This document shows, piece by piece, positions 28,567-38,068 of a DNA stretch of 64,000 bases. The notes under the pieces were generated by a model. The model ran no database searches. It was given only the letters and a program-made list of their open reading frames with translations, and had not been told where the DNA came from. The translations under genes and the position numbers were made by a program. Source of the stretch: an uncultured Gemmatimonadales bacterium. GTDB lineage: Bacteria > Gemmatimonadota > Gemmatimonadetes > Gemmatimonadales > GWC2-71-9. Numbering within the stretch: position 1 is the first letter of the stretch; each line of letters opens with the position of its first letter. The stretch is from the NCBI GenBank assembly GCA_963810185.1, contig CAWEMJ010000007.1, positions 220,447 to 284,446 of the forward strand. Direction: 5' to 3'.

Positions 28567-29118
28567 TCAGGCACCGAGACCGGGCAAGTAGCGCTCAGCC
28601 AGCACCCGGAGGTGGTGCCGCTCATGGCCAGTCAGGATCCAGGCCAGCGCCCGGGCCGAAACTGGGTGCCCGCTCGCGGAGCCCACCCGGGGCCACGCCT
28701 CGGCATCGAACGAGTGGAAGAGGGCCAGGGTGCTCTGCCGGACGGCAAAGAGCTCGGCGGCGATGTCGGCCAGCGGCCGACGGTCAAACGTGGCGAAGGG
28801 CATCCAGGCGTTCTCGTCGAATCCCGGCAGCGGGGTGGCGTCCCCCCGCGCAATGCGGAGTGCGCGGTAGGAAAACACCCGTTCCGCATCGGCGATGTGC
28901 CCGATCACCTCCTTGATGCTCCATTTCCCCTCGGCATAACGGAATCCAGCCTTGGACTCGGGGACCCCGTCGAGCACGGCGGCCGTCGAATCCCGCTGCA
29001 CCGCGAGGGTGGCCAGCAGGTCTCCGGCCGGCACCTCAGCGACGTAGGGCTGATAGAACGCGTTGTATTCGGAATCGGATGGGCGGGCGGGGGAGTGGCT
29101 GGGCAAGGAGACCTCCAC
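28567..29118 (-). CDS. DinB-superfamily protein
   Basis: ORF 28567..29289. I prefer the in-frame GTG at 29118 because 29119-29206 is an AT-rich divergent promoter region and the 5' extension overlaps the + gene at 29207. WSIKEVIGHIADAERVF...GHERHHLRVL gives the DinB His triad. Confidence 0.7.
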   Translation of the reverse strand: MEVSLPSHSPARPSDSEYNAFYQPYVAEVPAGDLLATLAVQRDSTAAVLDGVPESKAGFRYAEGKWSIKEVIGHIADAERVFSYRALRIARGDATPLPGFDENAWMPFATFDRRPLADIAAELFAVRQSTLALFHSFDAEAWPRVGSASGHPVSARALAWILTGHERHHLRVLAERYLPGLGA

Positions 29119-29206
29119 ATCACGGGGGCGCCGTCTGGCGAAACGGCCAAAGACGGGACAATATAGATAACGCAATCGCTTCCACCCCACAGAACGGAGT
29201 CCAGGG

Positions 29207-29647
29207 ATGGCCGGTTCCAACGGCGGCAAGTGGGTGGCGGTGCTCGGGAGGTTCCTAGCGGCGCTGATTCTGGTGTACGGGACCTTCAATCCGCTCGGCC
29301 GGTCGTGGTTCCACTGGGCCCTCCTGCCAATCGCTCAGGATCCGGGCAGCGTACTGCACATCGGCCCGGTCAAGGTGCTGGTGGGGTTGATCCTCCTGAT
29401 CGGTTGGGTCTTCTTCATCCAGGCCACCCGCCGCTCCCTCGGCACGGTCGGCGTAGTACTGGGGCTGGCGCTCTGCGGCGTGCTCATCTGGCTGCTCATC
29501 AGCTGGCATGTGCTCTCGCCAGACAGTACTTCGGGCATCGTCCACCTGGTACTGATTTCCGTGAGCCTCATCCTGGCGCTCGGCTCCGGCTGGTCCATCA
29601 TTACCCGCAACGTGACCGGGCAGGTGGATACCGATGAAGTGACGTGA
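29207..29647 (+). CDS. Hypothetical 4-TM membrane protein
   Basis: 146 aa with four hydrophobic helices (VAVLGRFLAALILVYG, VKVLVGLILLIGWVFFI, VGVVLGLALCGVLIWLLI, IVHLVLISVSLILALG). Confidence 0.6.
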   Translation: MAGSNGGKWVAVLGRFLAALILVYGTFNPLGRSWFHWALLPIAQDPGSVLHIGPVKVLVGLILLIGWVFFIQATRRSLGTVGVVLGLALCGVLIWLLISWHVLSPDSTSGIVHLVLISVSLILALGSGWSIITRNVTGQVDTDEVT

Positions 29648-29671
29648 GGAGACGCACTCCGCCCTCCGTCC

Positions 29672-30592
29672 TCAGCTCTCGGTCCTCCCCAGGGCCGCCG
29701 GCGCCTTCACCCGCCCAACCGCGCCGGCCAACGCAATCAGGGTGAGCAGGTAGGGGAACATCAAGAAGAACTGATAGGGCACGTCGAGTCCGGCGGCCTG
29801 CAGCGCAAACTGCAGCGCCGTCGCCAACCCGAAGAGCAGCGCCGCCAGCCCAGCCCCCACCGGGTTCCAGCGTCCCAGGACCACGATCGCAATGGCGATG
29901 AACCCCCGCCCCGCCGTCATCCGCTCGGTAAAGGTGCCGACCTGCGCCAGCACCAGCGTGGCGCCTGCCAGGCCGGCACAAGCTCCCCCAGCCAAGACTG
30001 CCACCACCCGCGTCCACCGCACCGAGACCCCGGCGGCTCGCGCGGCCGCAGGGTCCTCCCCGGCCGCTCGGAGCGCCAGCCCGAACCGGGTCCTGAACAA
30101 CACGAACCACGTGAGTGGAATGAGGCCGATGGCCAGGTAGGTCGTGATCGGCTGCAGGAAGAACGCGGGGCCAACGATCGGAACGGCGGAAAGGCCGGGA
30201 ATGGCGAGAGCCGGCAAAGTCGGAAGCGACAACCCGACGCCCGACGGCCCGTAGAACTGCCGGTAGATCGTGCCGGTCATCCCGACGCTGACCAGCGTCA
30301 CTGCGGTGCCGGTGATGATCTGGTTCGCGCCCGCTCCGATGGCTACGGCGGCAAACAGCGCGGCCACGAGGACGCCTGCGAGCACCCCGAGTCCGAGCCC
30401 GGCAGCGGGACCCGCCAGCGTGGCGCCGATGGCCCCGCCCAGCGCGCCGAAGAGCATGGCCCCCTCGACCCCCAGGTTCACGACCCCCGACCGCTCGGTG
30501 AGTGTCTCGCCCGTGGCGGCCAGCGCCAGCGGCGTGGCAATGCCGACCGCCGCCACGAGCACATCCGCCGCGATCGCCACTGGATCCATCAC
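29672..30592 (-). CDS. ABC transporter permease (BMP/nucleoside-type, second permease)
   Basis: 306-aa polytopic protein with branched-chain/ribose-type permease composition. 4-nt overlap with the upstream permease. Confidence 0.85.
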   Translation of the reverse strand: MMDPVAIAADVLVAAVGIATPLALAATGETLTERSGVVNLGVEGAMLFGALGGAIGATLAGPAAGLGLGVLAGVLVAALFAAVAIGAGANQIITGTAVTLVSVGMTGTIYRQFYGPSGVGLSLPTLPALAIPGLSAVPIVGPAFFLQPITTYLAIGLIPLTWFVLFRTRFGLALRAAGEDPAAARAAGVSVRWTRVVAVLAGGACAGLAGATLVLAQVGTFTERMTAGRGFIAIAIVVLGRWNPVGAGLAALLFGLATALQFALQAAGLDVPYQFFLMFPYLLTLIALAGAVGRVKAPAALGRTES

Positions 30593-31647
30593 GACACACC
30601 GTCCACCGGACTCGCTGCCACTGGCCGACGGAGTCCACGGCGCGCGGCGGCATCGCCCAGCAAGAGCACGAGAATGATCACGCCCTCAACCACGTACACC
30701 GCCACGGCGGGAATCCCTGCGTCCCGCTGCATGGCGCCGGCCCCCGCCTCGAGCGCGGCGAACACGATGCCGGTCAGCACGATGGCAGCCGGCCGAAGCC
30801 GTGCGAGCAACGCCACGCCGATGGCGGTAAAACCGTAGCCGGGAGAGAGGTTCTGGTAGAGCGCGTACGAGACACCGCTCACCTCGAACGCGCCCGCCAG
30901 CCCGGCGAGCGCCCCTGATCCGAGCAACGCCAGCGCAATCATCCGGCCGGCCGGCACCCGTCCACTCACTTCGGCCGCGCGCGGACCCTCGCCGAGTGCA
31001 CGCAGCCGAAACCCCCACCAGGTGCGCGCAAACACCCATGCGAGCGCTGCCGCTGCCAGGAGCGCCACCACAAACCCGGCGTGCAGCCTCGTCCCCGGCA
31101 GGAGCGGGAGGCGGGCAGCCTCGGCAATCGGCGCGCTCTGCGGGTAGATGCCGGAGGGTTCCTGCAGTGGCCCCTGCACCATGTAACTCACGAGCGCGTC
31201 CGCCACGAAGTTGAGTAGCAGGGTGCTGATCACCTCGAGGACGCCGAAGCGGAACCTGAGCACGACCGGCAGGGTCATCCATGCCGCACCAGCCGCGAGG
31301 CCGGCCAGCGCTACCGCCGGAAGCGCCACCCACGTTGGCCATCCGCCGGCGTGCACTCCTACCCAGGTGGCCGCCATCGCACCGGCGTAGAACTGTCCCT
31401 CGGCACCGATGTTGAGCGCGCCACCGCGCAGTGCCAGCGCAAACCCCAGTCCGATCAGAATCAGCGGGACCGACCGAAGCAGCGTCGCCCCGGTGAAAGC
31501 CCGCCACGATCCAAAGGCGCCGTTCCACAACGCGGCCAGGGCCGCCGCGGCGTCGTACCCCGCCAGATGGAGTCCCGCCGCGAGGACGAGCAGTCCGGCA
31601 GCGAGCGCCACCGCCGCGGTGCCCAGCCCACGGAGACTACCGCCCAT
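30589..31647 (-). CDS. ABC transporter permease (BMP/nucleoside-type, first permease)
   Basis: 352-aa polytopic protein. It overlaps the ATPase stop by 11 nt. Confidence 0.85.
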   Translation of the reverse strand: MGGSLRGLGTAAVALAAGLLVLAAGLHLAGYDAAAALAALWNGAFGSWRAFTGATLLRSVPLILIGLGFALALRGGALNIGAEGQFYAGAMAATWVGVHAGGWPTWVALPAVALAGLAAGAAWMTLPVVLRFRFGVLEVISTLLLNFVADALVSYMVQGPLQEPSGIYPQSAPIAEAARLPLLPGTRLHAGFVVALLAAAALAWVFARTWWGFRLRALGEGPRAAEVSGRVPAGRMIALALLGSGALAGLAGAFEVSGVSYALYQNLSPGYGFTAIGVALLARLRPAAIVLTGIVFAALEAGAGAMQRDAGIPAVAVYVVEGVIILVLLLGDAAARRGLRRPVAASPVDGVS

Positions 31648-33097
31648 TCGACGACTCGTCTCGAAGCATCATGTGACCGAGTCGCTGGCGGTCCGCCCCG
31701 ACGGGCGCCTCAGAAATCACCCCGGCGGCCGCGACCAGCACCCGGTCGCCCAATTCCAGCACTTCGTCGAGATCATTCGAGTAGATCAGCACCGCCGCCC
31801 CGGCGGCCGCCGCCGCGCGCAGGCGGCCGTGGACTTCCGCCGCGGCCTGCACGTCGAGCCCCCGGGTCGGATTCTCGGCGACAAGCACACGGGGCCGTCG
31901 CTCGAACGCCCGTGCGATCAGCAGCTTCTGCTGGTTGCCACCGCTGAGGCTGCCGGCCGCCGCCTCCGGCCCGGCCGCGCGGACGCTGAAGCGCTCGAGC
32001 AGCTCCGCGGTACGTCTCTTGGCCGCCGCCCAATTCACCCGCCGCACTCGGCGCCCCACGATCCACGCCGCCGAGCGACCGATGCCGAGCACGATGTTCT
32101 CGGTCAGGGTCAGGGAGGGAATCAGCCCCTCGGTAGTGCGGTCCTCCGGGACGAAGGCGATCGGCCGGGCCACTTCCAGCAGCCCGCGGAACGGCCGCCG
32201 CAATCCCGCGACCGCGCGCAGCAGCTCACGCTGGCCGTTCCCCTCCACCCCCGCCACCGCGACCAGCTCCCCGCCCCGTATCGCAAAGGAGGCATGGCGC
32301 AGCCCAGTGCCGGACTCCGCCTTCACTTCCAGCGCGTCGCATTGCACCAGCACCGGACCGTCACGGAGCGCCCTCTCCCTTGGAGGGACAACAAGCGCGC
32401 CGCCGATCATCGCCGCCGTCAGTGATCCCGCGGTCAGCTGAAGCCGGGGCGCCGACAGCACGACCGCGCCGCGCCGGAGCACCGTGACCTGGTCGGCAAT
32501 GGCCAGCGCTTCGTCCAGCTTGTGGGTCACCAGCACCACCGCACCACCCGCCCCCACAAAGCCGCGGACGAAGCGGAACAGTTCCTCCGCCTCGGCGGGG
32601 GCCAGGACCGCGGTCGGTTCGTCGAGCAGGAGGACTCGCGCCTCGGAGGCCAGCGCCTTCACGATCTCCAGGCGCTGCTGCAGGGCGACGGTAAGCTGGG
32701 ATGCCGGAGTCATCGGATCGAGCGGGAGGGAAAGCCGCTTCGTGAGGTCCTTCACGCGCCGCCGAAGCTGGGCGGGCGCCACAGGCCACCCTGCCGCGAG
32801 GGCGATGTTTTCCATGACCGACAGCGCGGGCACCGCCGTGGAATGCTGATGCACCATTCCGATGCCGCACCGGCGGGCGTCGCGCGCCGAGCGGAAGCGA
32901 ACCGGCGCCCCGTCCACCAGGATCGCCCCTGTGTCAGGGCCCAGCAGCCCATCCGCGATGTGCATGAGAGTGGACTTGCCTGCGCCGTTCTCGCCGAGAA
33001 CGGCATGCACCTCCCCTGCCCGCACCTCCAGGCCTACACCACGAAGCGCCGGTATGGAGTCGAAGGACTTGGAGATGCCGGTGAGTGAGAGCAGCAT
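31637..33097 (-). CDS. ABC transporter ATP-binding protein with duplicated ATPase domains
   Basis: ORF 31637..33553. The real start is ATG 33097 (MLLSLTGISKSFDSIPALRGVGLEVRAGEVHAVLGENGAGKSTLM). There is a second Walker/signature set (LSGGNQQK). The 5' extension is an out-of-frame overlap with the NIF3 gene. Confidence 0.9.
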   Translation of the reverse strand: MLLSLTGISKSFDSIPALRGVGLEVRAGEVHAVLGENGAGKSTLMHIADGLLGPDTGAILVDGAPVRFRSARDARRCGIGMVHQHSTAVPALSVMENIALAAGWPVAPAQLRRRVKDLTKRLSLPLDPMTPASQLTVALQQRLEIVKALASEARVLLLDEPTAVLAPAEAEELFRFVRGFVGAGGAVVLVTHKLDEALAIADQVTVLRRGAVVLSAPRLQLTAGSLTAAMIGGALVVPPRERALRDGPVLVQCDALEVKAESGTGLRHASFAIRGGELVAVAGVEGNGQRELLRAVAGLRRPFRGLLEVARPIAFVPEDRTTEGLIPSLTLTENIVLGIGRSAAWIVGRRVRRVNWAAAKRRTAELLERFSVRAAGPEAAAGSLSGGNQQKLLIARAFERRPRVLVAENPTRGLDVQAAAEVHGRLRAAAAAGAAVLIYSNDLDEVLELGDRVLVAAAGVISEAPVGADRQRLGHMMLRDESSNGR

Positions 33098-33168
33098 GAT
33101 TGGTAGGGATGGCAGCGGGGTTGGGGGGAAGCCGGGACCGCCCAGCAGCCCCGCTGCTCCCGGCCCTA

Positions 33169-33945
33169 CTACATCCCCGTCGGATGCCGATGAAACTCCC
33201 ACGGCAATTCGAACCGCAGGCCGAGGTGCTGGGCGAGGGCCTGCACGCCCACCTGCTCGGTGGCATAGTGCCCGGCGTAGATCACGTTCACGCCAAGTTC
33301 CATCGCATCGAAGTAGGTGTGATGGGCCCCCTCGCCGGTGATCAGCGTGTCGACGCCGGCGGCCAGCGCCTCTGCGATGAACCCGCCACCGCTGCCGGTC
33401 ACAATGCCCACCCGGTGCGTGGTCCCGGGGCCACCCGGAATCAGCCGTGCGTTGGTCGTGAGCTGTTCGTCGATCCGGTGGACCAACTCGTCCCGCGGCA
33501 GGGCCAACTCGCCGTACACACCGAGTCGCTGGCCCCGGTACTCGCCGAACCATCCTTCGAGTGCGACGTCGAGGCGGCGGGCCAGCACGATGTTGTTCCC
33601 CACGTCGGGGTGCAGGTCGAGCGGGATATGCGCCGAGTAGAGCGCGATGTTCCGGTCGAGCAACGCGCGGACGCGCCGATACCGTCGCCCGGTAAGCGGC
33701 ACGTTGCCGTCCCAGAGGAGTCCGTGGTGCACCAGGAGCAGGGTTCCGCCGGCACCACCGCTCGGGGCCGCGCTCTCGATGGCCTCGAGTGACGCATCCA
33801 CGGCCGCCACGATGCGATCCACCGTCCCACGGTTCTCCAGCTGCAGCCCGTTGACGGCGTTACCCTCGTCGGGGACGTCCCGCACCCGAAGGTAGGTATC
33901 GAGATACTCGGTCATGTGACCGAGCGGAATGGCGGATTCGCTCAT
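33169..33945 (-). CDS. NIF3-family dinuclear-metal-centre protein (GTP cyclohydrolase 1 type 2 homologue)
   Basis: 258 aa. VNGLQLEN...LLLVHHGLLW...LYSAHIPLDLHPDVGNN...TGEGAHHTYFDA are NIF3/YbgI motifs. Confidence 0.85.
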   Translation of the reverse strand: MSESAIPLGHMTEYLDTYLRVRDVPDEGNAVNGLQLENRGTVDRIVAAVDASLEAIESAAPSGGAGGTLLLVHHGLLWDGNVPLTGRRYRRVRALLDRNIALYSAHIPLDLHPDVGNNIVLARRLDVALEGWFGEYRGQRLGVYGELALPRDELVHRIDEQLTTNARLIPGGPGTTHRVGIVTGSGGGFIAEALAAGVDTLITGEGAHHTYFDAMELGVNVIYAGHYATEQVGVQALAQHLGLRFELPWEFHRHPTGM

Positions 33946-34901
33946 GGGACATCCTGCCGTTTGATGCTGTCCTCGGCGGCGCGGACCCGCGCGGCGAGAG
34001 CCGCGGGTACCAGCGAGTCGAGGGCAGGGTTGGGGACATACTGCACCACGCCGCTCGCGAGCCCAAACGACTCGACCTTCGGCATGAACGTACCGCCCTG
34101 AACCTCGCGCGCCACCAGCAGGAGAGCCCGGGGCAGATCGATGACCGCCGAGCCGAGGACCCGCGCCGGCGCCAGCGAGCTCTGGTCGGCGTTGGCGCCG
34201 AAGACGTAGACGCCCGGCGCTTCCTTGGCCGCCTGAAAGACGCCGATGGCGGCGGCGTCGGCGTTGTGGTGCAGCATGTCTGCGCCAACGCGAATCAGCG
34301 CCCGCGCCGCCTCCCGGCCCAGGGCGGCGTCATCCCAGTTGTTGAGATAGCTGGTGCGGCTCTGCACCTGGGGATTGACGGCACGGGCCCCTGCCACCCA
34401 CGCCTCTGATGCGTCCCGGACCGGCGGGAGCTCCACGCCGCCCACGAACCCGATGGTCCCGGTCTTCGTGAGCCCACCCGCCACCATCCCCGCCAGATAG
34501 CTGGCTTCGCTGAGCCGGAAGATCAGCGGAGCCACGTTCCCCTGGACTCGCTCCCCGGAGGTGATGATGAACACGACGGAGGGGTAGTCGATGCTGACCC
34601 GCTCCGCCGGGCCCTGGAACTCGAACCCGTGGCCGAAGACGAGGTTGTAGCCCTGTATCGCATAGGTCCGGAGCGCCTCCTCCTGCTCGGCGGGGGTGCG
34701 CGCCTCGACATGACTCACCGGGACGCCGAGAGAATCATGGATCTGAACGAGCCCGGTGTAGGCCCCGGAGTTCCATGCGGCGTCCGCAATCGAGCCCGGT
34801 GTGACGAGTGCCACACGAAAAGGCGCCGGCGCCTCCCGTGTGGCACACCCAGCCACCAGGACGCCGGCGACGAGCCACCTCAGCACGGCACGCCCGGTCA
34901 C
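33942..34901 (-). CDS. BMP-family (PnrA/Med-like) ABC substrate-binding lipoprotein
   Basis: 319 aa with lipobox LVAGC. FRVALVTPGSIADAAWNSGAYTGL...GYNLVFGHGFEF...GFVGG, a basic membrane protein family pattern. Confidence 0.85.
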   Translation of the reverse strand: MTGRAVLRWLVAGVLVAGCATREAPAPFRVALVTPGSIADAAWNSGAYTGLVQIHDSLGVPVSHVEARTPAEQEEALRTYAIQGYNLVFGHGFEFQGPAERVSIDYPSVVFIITSGERVQGNVAPLIFRLSEASYLAGMVAGGLTKTGTIGFVGGVELPPVRDASEAWVAGARAVNPQVQSRTSYLNNWDDAALGREAARALIRVGADMLHHNADAAAIGVFQAAKEAPGVYVFGANADQSSLAPARVLGSAVIDLPRALLLVAREVQGGTFMPKVESFGLASGVVQYVPNPALDSLVPAALAARVRAAEDSIKRQDVP

Positions 34902-35302
34902 TCCTCGGAGCCTGGCCCCGACAGCGTGCCCATCTTGATCGATCCGTTCACGCTCCCCCCCTCGAGCACCACGATCCGTCGCGTAAACACGTCGCCCTGC
35001 ACCTCGGCAGTGGCCTGCACCTCGACCCGGTCCGACGCGTGCACGTTGCCTTCCACCCGGCCGCCGATGACCGCCTCGGCGGTGTAGAGGTCGCCCTGCA
35101 CCAGCGCGCCCGGCGCGATGAGCGCCTGCGTGTTGGCGCGGATGGTCCCCTTCACCTTGCCCTCGATCTTTACGACCCCTTCCGTGGACAGGTCGCCCAG
35201 AACGGTCAGGTCCTTGGCAATGATGGACAGGGTCGTGTGGTCGGTGCGCCGACGCATCTGGTTGGCTTCGGCTTCGCGCGGAGTGCTTGAGAAAATGGCC
35301 AT
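34898..35302 (-). CDS. Bactofilin (polymer-forming cytoskeletal protein)
   Basis: 134 aa. IIAKDLTVLGDLSTEGVVKIEGKVKGTIRANTQALIAPGALVQGDLYTAEAVIGGRVEGNVHASDRVEVQATAEVQGDV is the DUF583 beta-helical repeat. Confidence 0.85.
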   Translation of the reverse strand: MAIFSSTPREAEANQMRRRTDHTTLSIIAKDLTVLGDLSTEGVVKIEGKVKGTIRANTQALIAPGALVQGDLYTAEAVIGGRVEGNVHASDRVEVQATAEVQGDVFTRRIVVLEGGSVNGSIKMGTLSGPGSEE

Positions 35303-36099
35303 TAGTGGGAGTCCTCCTTCACCATCGTGAGGGGATCGATCGTGACATCGCCCCGACGGATTTCGAGATGCAAGTGGGGGGCGGTCGATCGCCCTGAATT
35401 GCCGGACAGTCCGATGACATCGCCTGCGCTGACCAGCGCACCCGGGCTGACCAATGCCCGGGACAGGTGACCGTACTTGGTCTGGTAGCCCTCTGGATGT
35501 CCGAGCAGAATGAACTGCCCGTATTCCGGATCGGCGCCGACGTCCAGCACCGTCCCGCCGCCGACCGCCCGCACCGGGGTGCCGATGGTGACGGCGATAT
35601 CCAACCCGGTGTGCTCCTCCTCGGCGCCGCCGGCGGGCACCAGCCCACGGGTGATGTACCCGGCGGCCTCGAGCGGCCAGTGATTGGGCAGCGAACTGCC
35701 TGTCTCCAGCGCCCTTCGGCTGCCGGGTGGCGCCGCGTTGACCGGCGGCGCCAGCGGAAGCGAATAGGCGAGGGCGATCGGGTCGGGAACGATGTCTGCG
35801 CCGACCATCTCGCGCAGCCGCCCATACCGGCGTTCTGCGCTGTCGAGCGCGGCGGCCAACTCCCGCACCTTCGCCGTTTCGGCCTCCAGCCGCGTCACGT
35901 CCTCACGCAACCGAGGCACGCTGGCCGCCGCCTTGAGAAGCGGCGCGTAGATCGTGCCCAGGATCAGTGCCCCCATCAGGCACACCGCGCCCACCACCAC
36001 AAGGACTCGAAAGAGCCAGATCGGCATCCGGAACGTGCGCGAGTCCAGCTCCCCGTCCCGGTGCACCATGACCGTGATCTGGGGGCGCGGCGTCTTCAT
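35302..36099 (-). CDS. M23-family (LytM/EnvC-like) peptidoglycan metalloendopeptidase
   Basis: 265 aa with an N-terminal TM helix, a coiled-coil segment, then HTGLDIAV...GTPVRAVGGGTV...GHLS...GNSGRSTAPHLHLEIR. Confidence 0.85.
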   Translation of the reverse strand: MKTPRPQITVMVHRDGELDSRTFRMPIWLFRVLVVVGAVCLMGALILGTIYAPLLKAAASVPRLREDVTRLEAETAKVRELAAALDSAERRYGRLREMVGADIVPDPIALAYSLPLAPPVNAAPPGSRRALETGSSLPNHWPLEAAGYITRGLVPAGGAEEEHTGLDIAVTIGTPVRAVGGGTVLDVGADPEYGQFILLGHPEGYQTKYGHLSRALVSPGALVSAGDVIGLSGNSGRSTAPHLHLEIRRGDVTIDPLTMVKEDSH

Positions 36100-36973
36100 C
36101 CCTCGAACGGGGTGCCGAGGATCAGCTCGAGCAGTCGGGCCAGATCGTCATTGGAGTAGTAACTCAGTTGTACGATGCCCCGACCCTTGCGGCGCTGGGT
36201 GACCCGCACGTCGGTCCCCAGGTGCTTGCGGAGCGCATCTTCGACGCGCTGCACGTCGGTGCTTACCGGACCCGGCTCCGCCCGCTTGGTGACGGGACGC
36301 TTGGCGGCCGCCGGCCCCTGCCTGACCCGCGCCTCCATTTCCCGCACCGACCATCCATCGGCCACGGCTTGGCGCCCCAGTTTGACGATCAGCTTGACGT
36401 CGGTGAGCCCGAGCAGCGCGCGTCCATGCCCCGCGGAAAGGGCCCCGTGATCCACCAGGTCGCGCACGGCCTCGGGAAGCGCCAGCAGGCGGAGGAGATT
36501 GGCCACCGTCGAGCGGTCGCGGCCGACCAGTCGCGCCACTTCGGCCTGGGGCACCCCGAACTGTTCCTGCAGCCGCTGGTACCCGAGGGCCTCGTCGATG
36601 GGCGAGAGGTTGTCACGCTGCAGGTTCTCGATCAGCGCCAATGTCAGGAGGGTCTTGTCGTCGGCCTCCTTGATGATCGCGGGAATCCGCGTCCATCCCA
36701 GGCGCTGGACGGCACGCCACCGGCGCTCACCCGCGATCAGCTCGAAATTGGAACCCTGCGGACGCACCACCACCGGCTGCAGCAGGCCCGACGCCTCGAT
36801 CGATGCGACGAGCTCCTTCAGCGGTTCCTCATCCACCCGCGTGCGCGGCTGAAACGGGTTCGGCCGGATGGCCGTGACCGGCAACTCGCGGAACGTCCCT
36901 TCCTTTTCCGCCAGCTCTTTCGACACCGGCCCGAGCAGCGCTTCGAGGCCCCGGCCGAGACGACGGGCTTCAC

Positions 36974-36977
<4 letters not shown>
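36096..36977 (-). CDS. parB: Chromosome partitioning protein ParB/Spo0J
   Basis: 293 aa. RRLGRGLEALLG...IRPNPFQPR...GLLQPVVVR...IAGERRWRA...NLQRDNLSPIDEA...HTH VARLVGRDRSTVANLLRLL. Confidence 0.95.
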
Positions 36978-37768
<791 letters not shown>

Positions 37769-37967
37769 GACCGGGGTGCGCGCCTGGGGTCGAAGACGTA
37801 AGGGCAGGGAGGACTGGAATATAGCCGACTTGCGGGCCGGAAGTCGAATGGCACTCACGCGGAGGCGCGAAGACGCGAAGTTTAGTGTTTCACTATTATC
37901 ATATAACAGCTTGATAAATAACGACTTATGCAATTGCGGCCGCGAATAATATTTCTTGAGCTGGGGG

Positions 37968-37983
37968 CGTTTCACGTGAAACG
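37968..37983. promoter_or_regulatory. parS: parS centromere-like site 1 (CGTTTCACGTGAAACG, perfect palindrome)
   Basis: 14/16 match to the canonical tGTTtCACGTGAAACa parS consensus. It lies 200 nt upstream of parA. Confidence 0.85.
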
Positions 37984-38000
37984 GCTAGGTCCGCCGACGT

Positions 38001-38016
38001 TGTTTCACGTGAAACG
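38001..38016. promoter_or_regulatory. parS: parS centromere-like site 2 (TGTTTCACGTGAAACG)
   Basis: 15/16 match to the parS consensus. It lies 33 bp (centre to centre) from site 1. Confidence 0.85.
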
Positions 38017-38068
38017 GGCCTGTGATTGGAGTGTGGCGCCTCGCGTCTTCGCGCGATCCTCCAAGCCA

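Larger units (their letters stand above)
37865..38054. repeat. 14-bp perfect inverted repeat (GCGCGAAGACGCGA ... TCGCGTCTTCGCGC) bracketing the AT-rich core and both parS sites
   Basis: Left arm 37865-37878 and right arm 38041-38054, read directly. 162 nt lie between the arms. Confidence 0.6.

Noticed and set aside
37880-37960. AT-rich stretch next to parS considered as oriC/DUE
   Set aside because: I found no DnaA-box matches (TTATCCACA/TGTGGATAA or one-off variants). The stretch is only about 80 nt, and dnaA is not in the window. It is origin-proximal at best.
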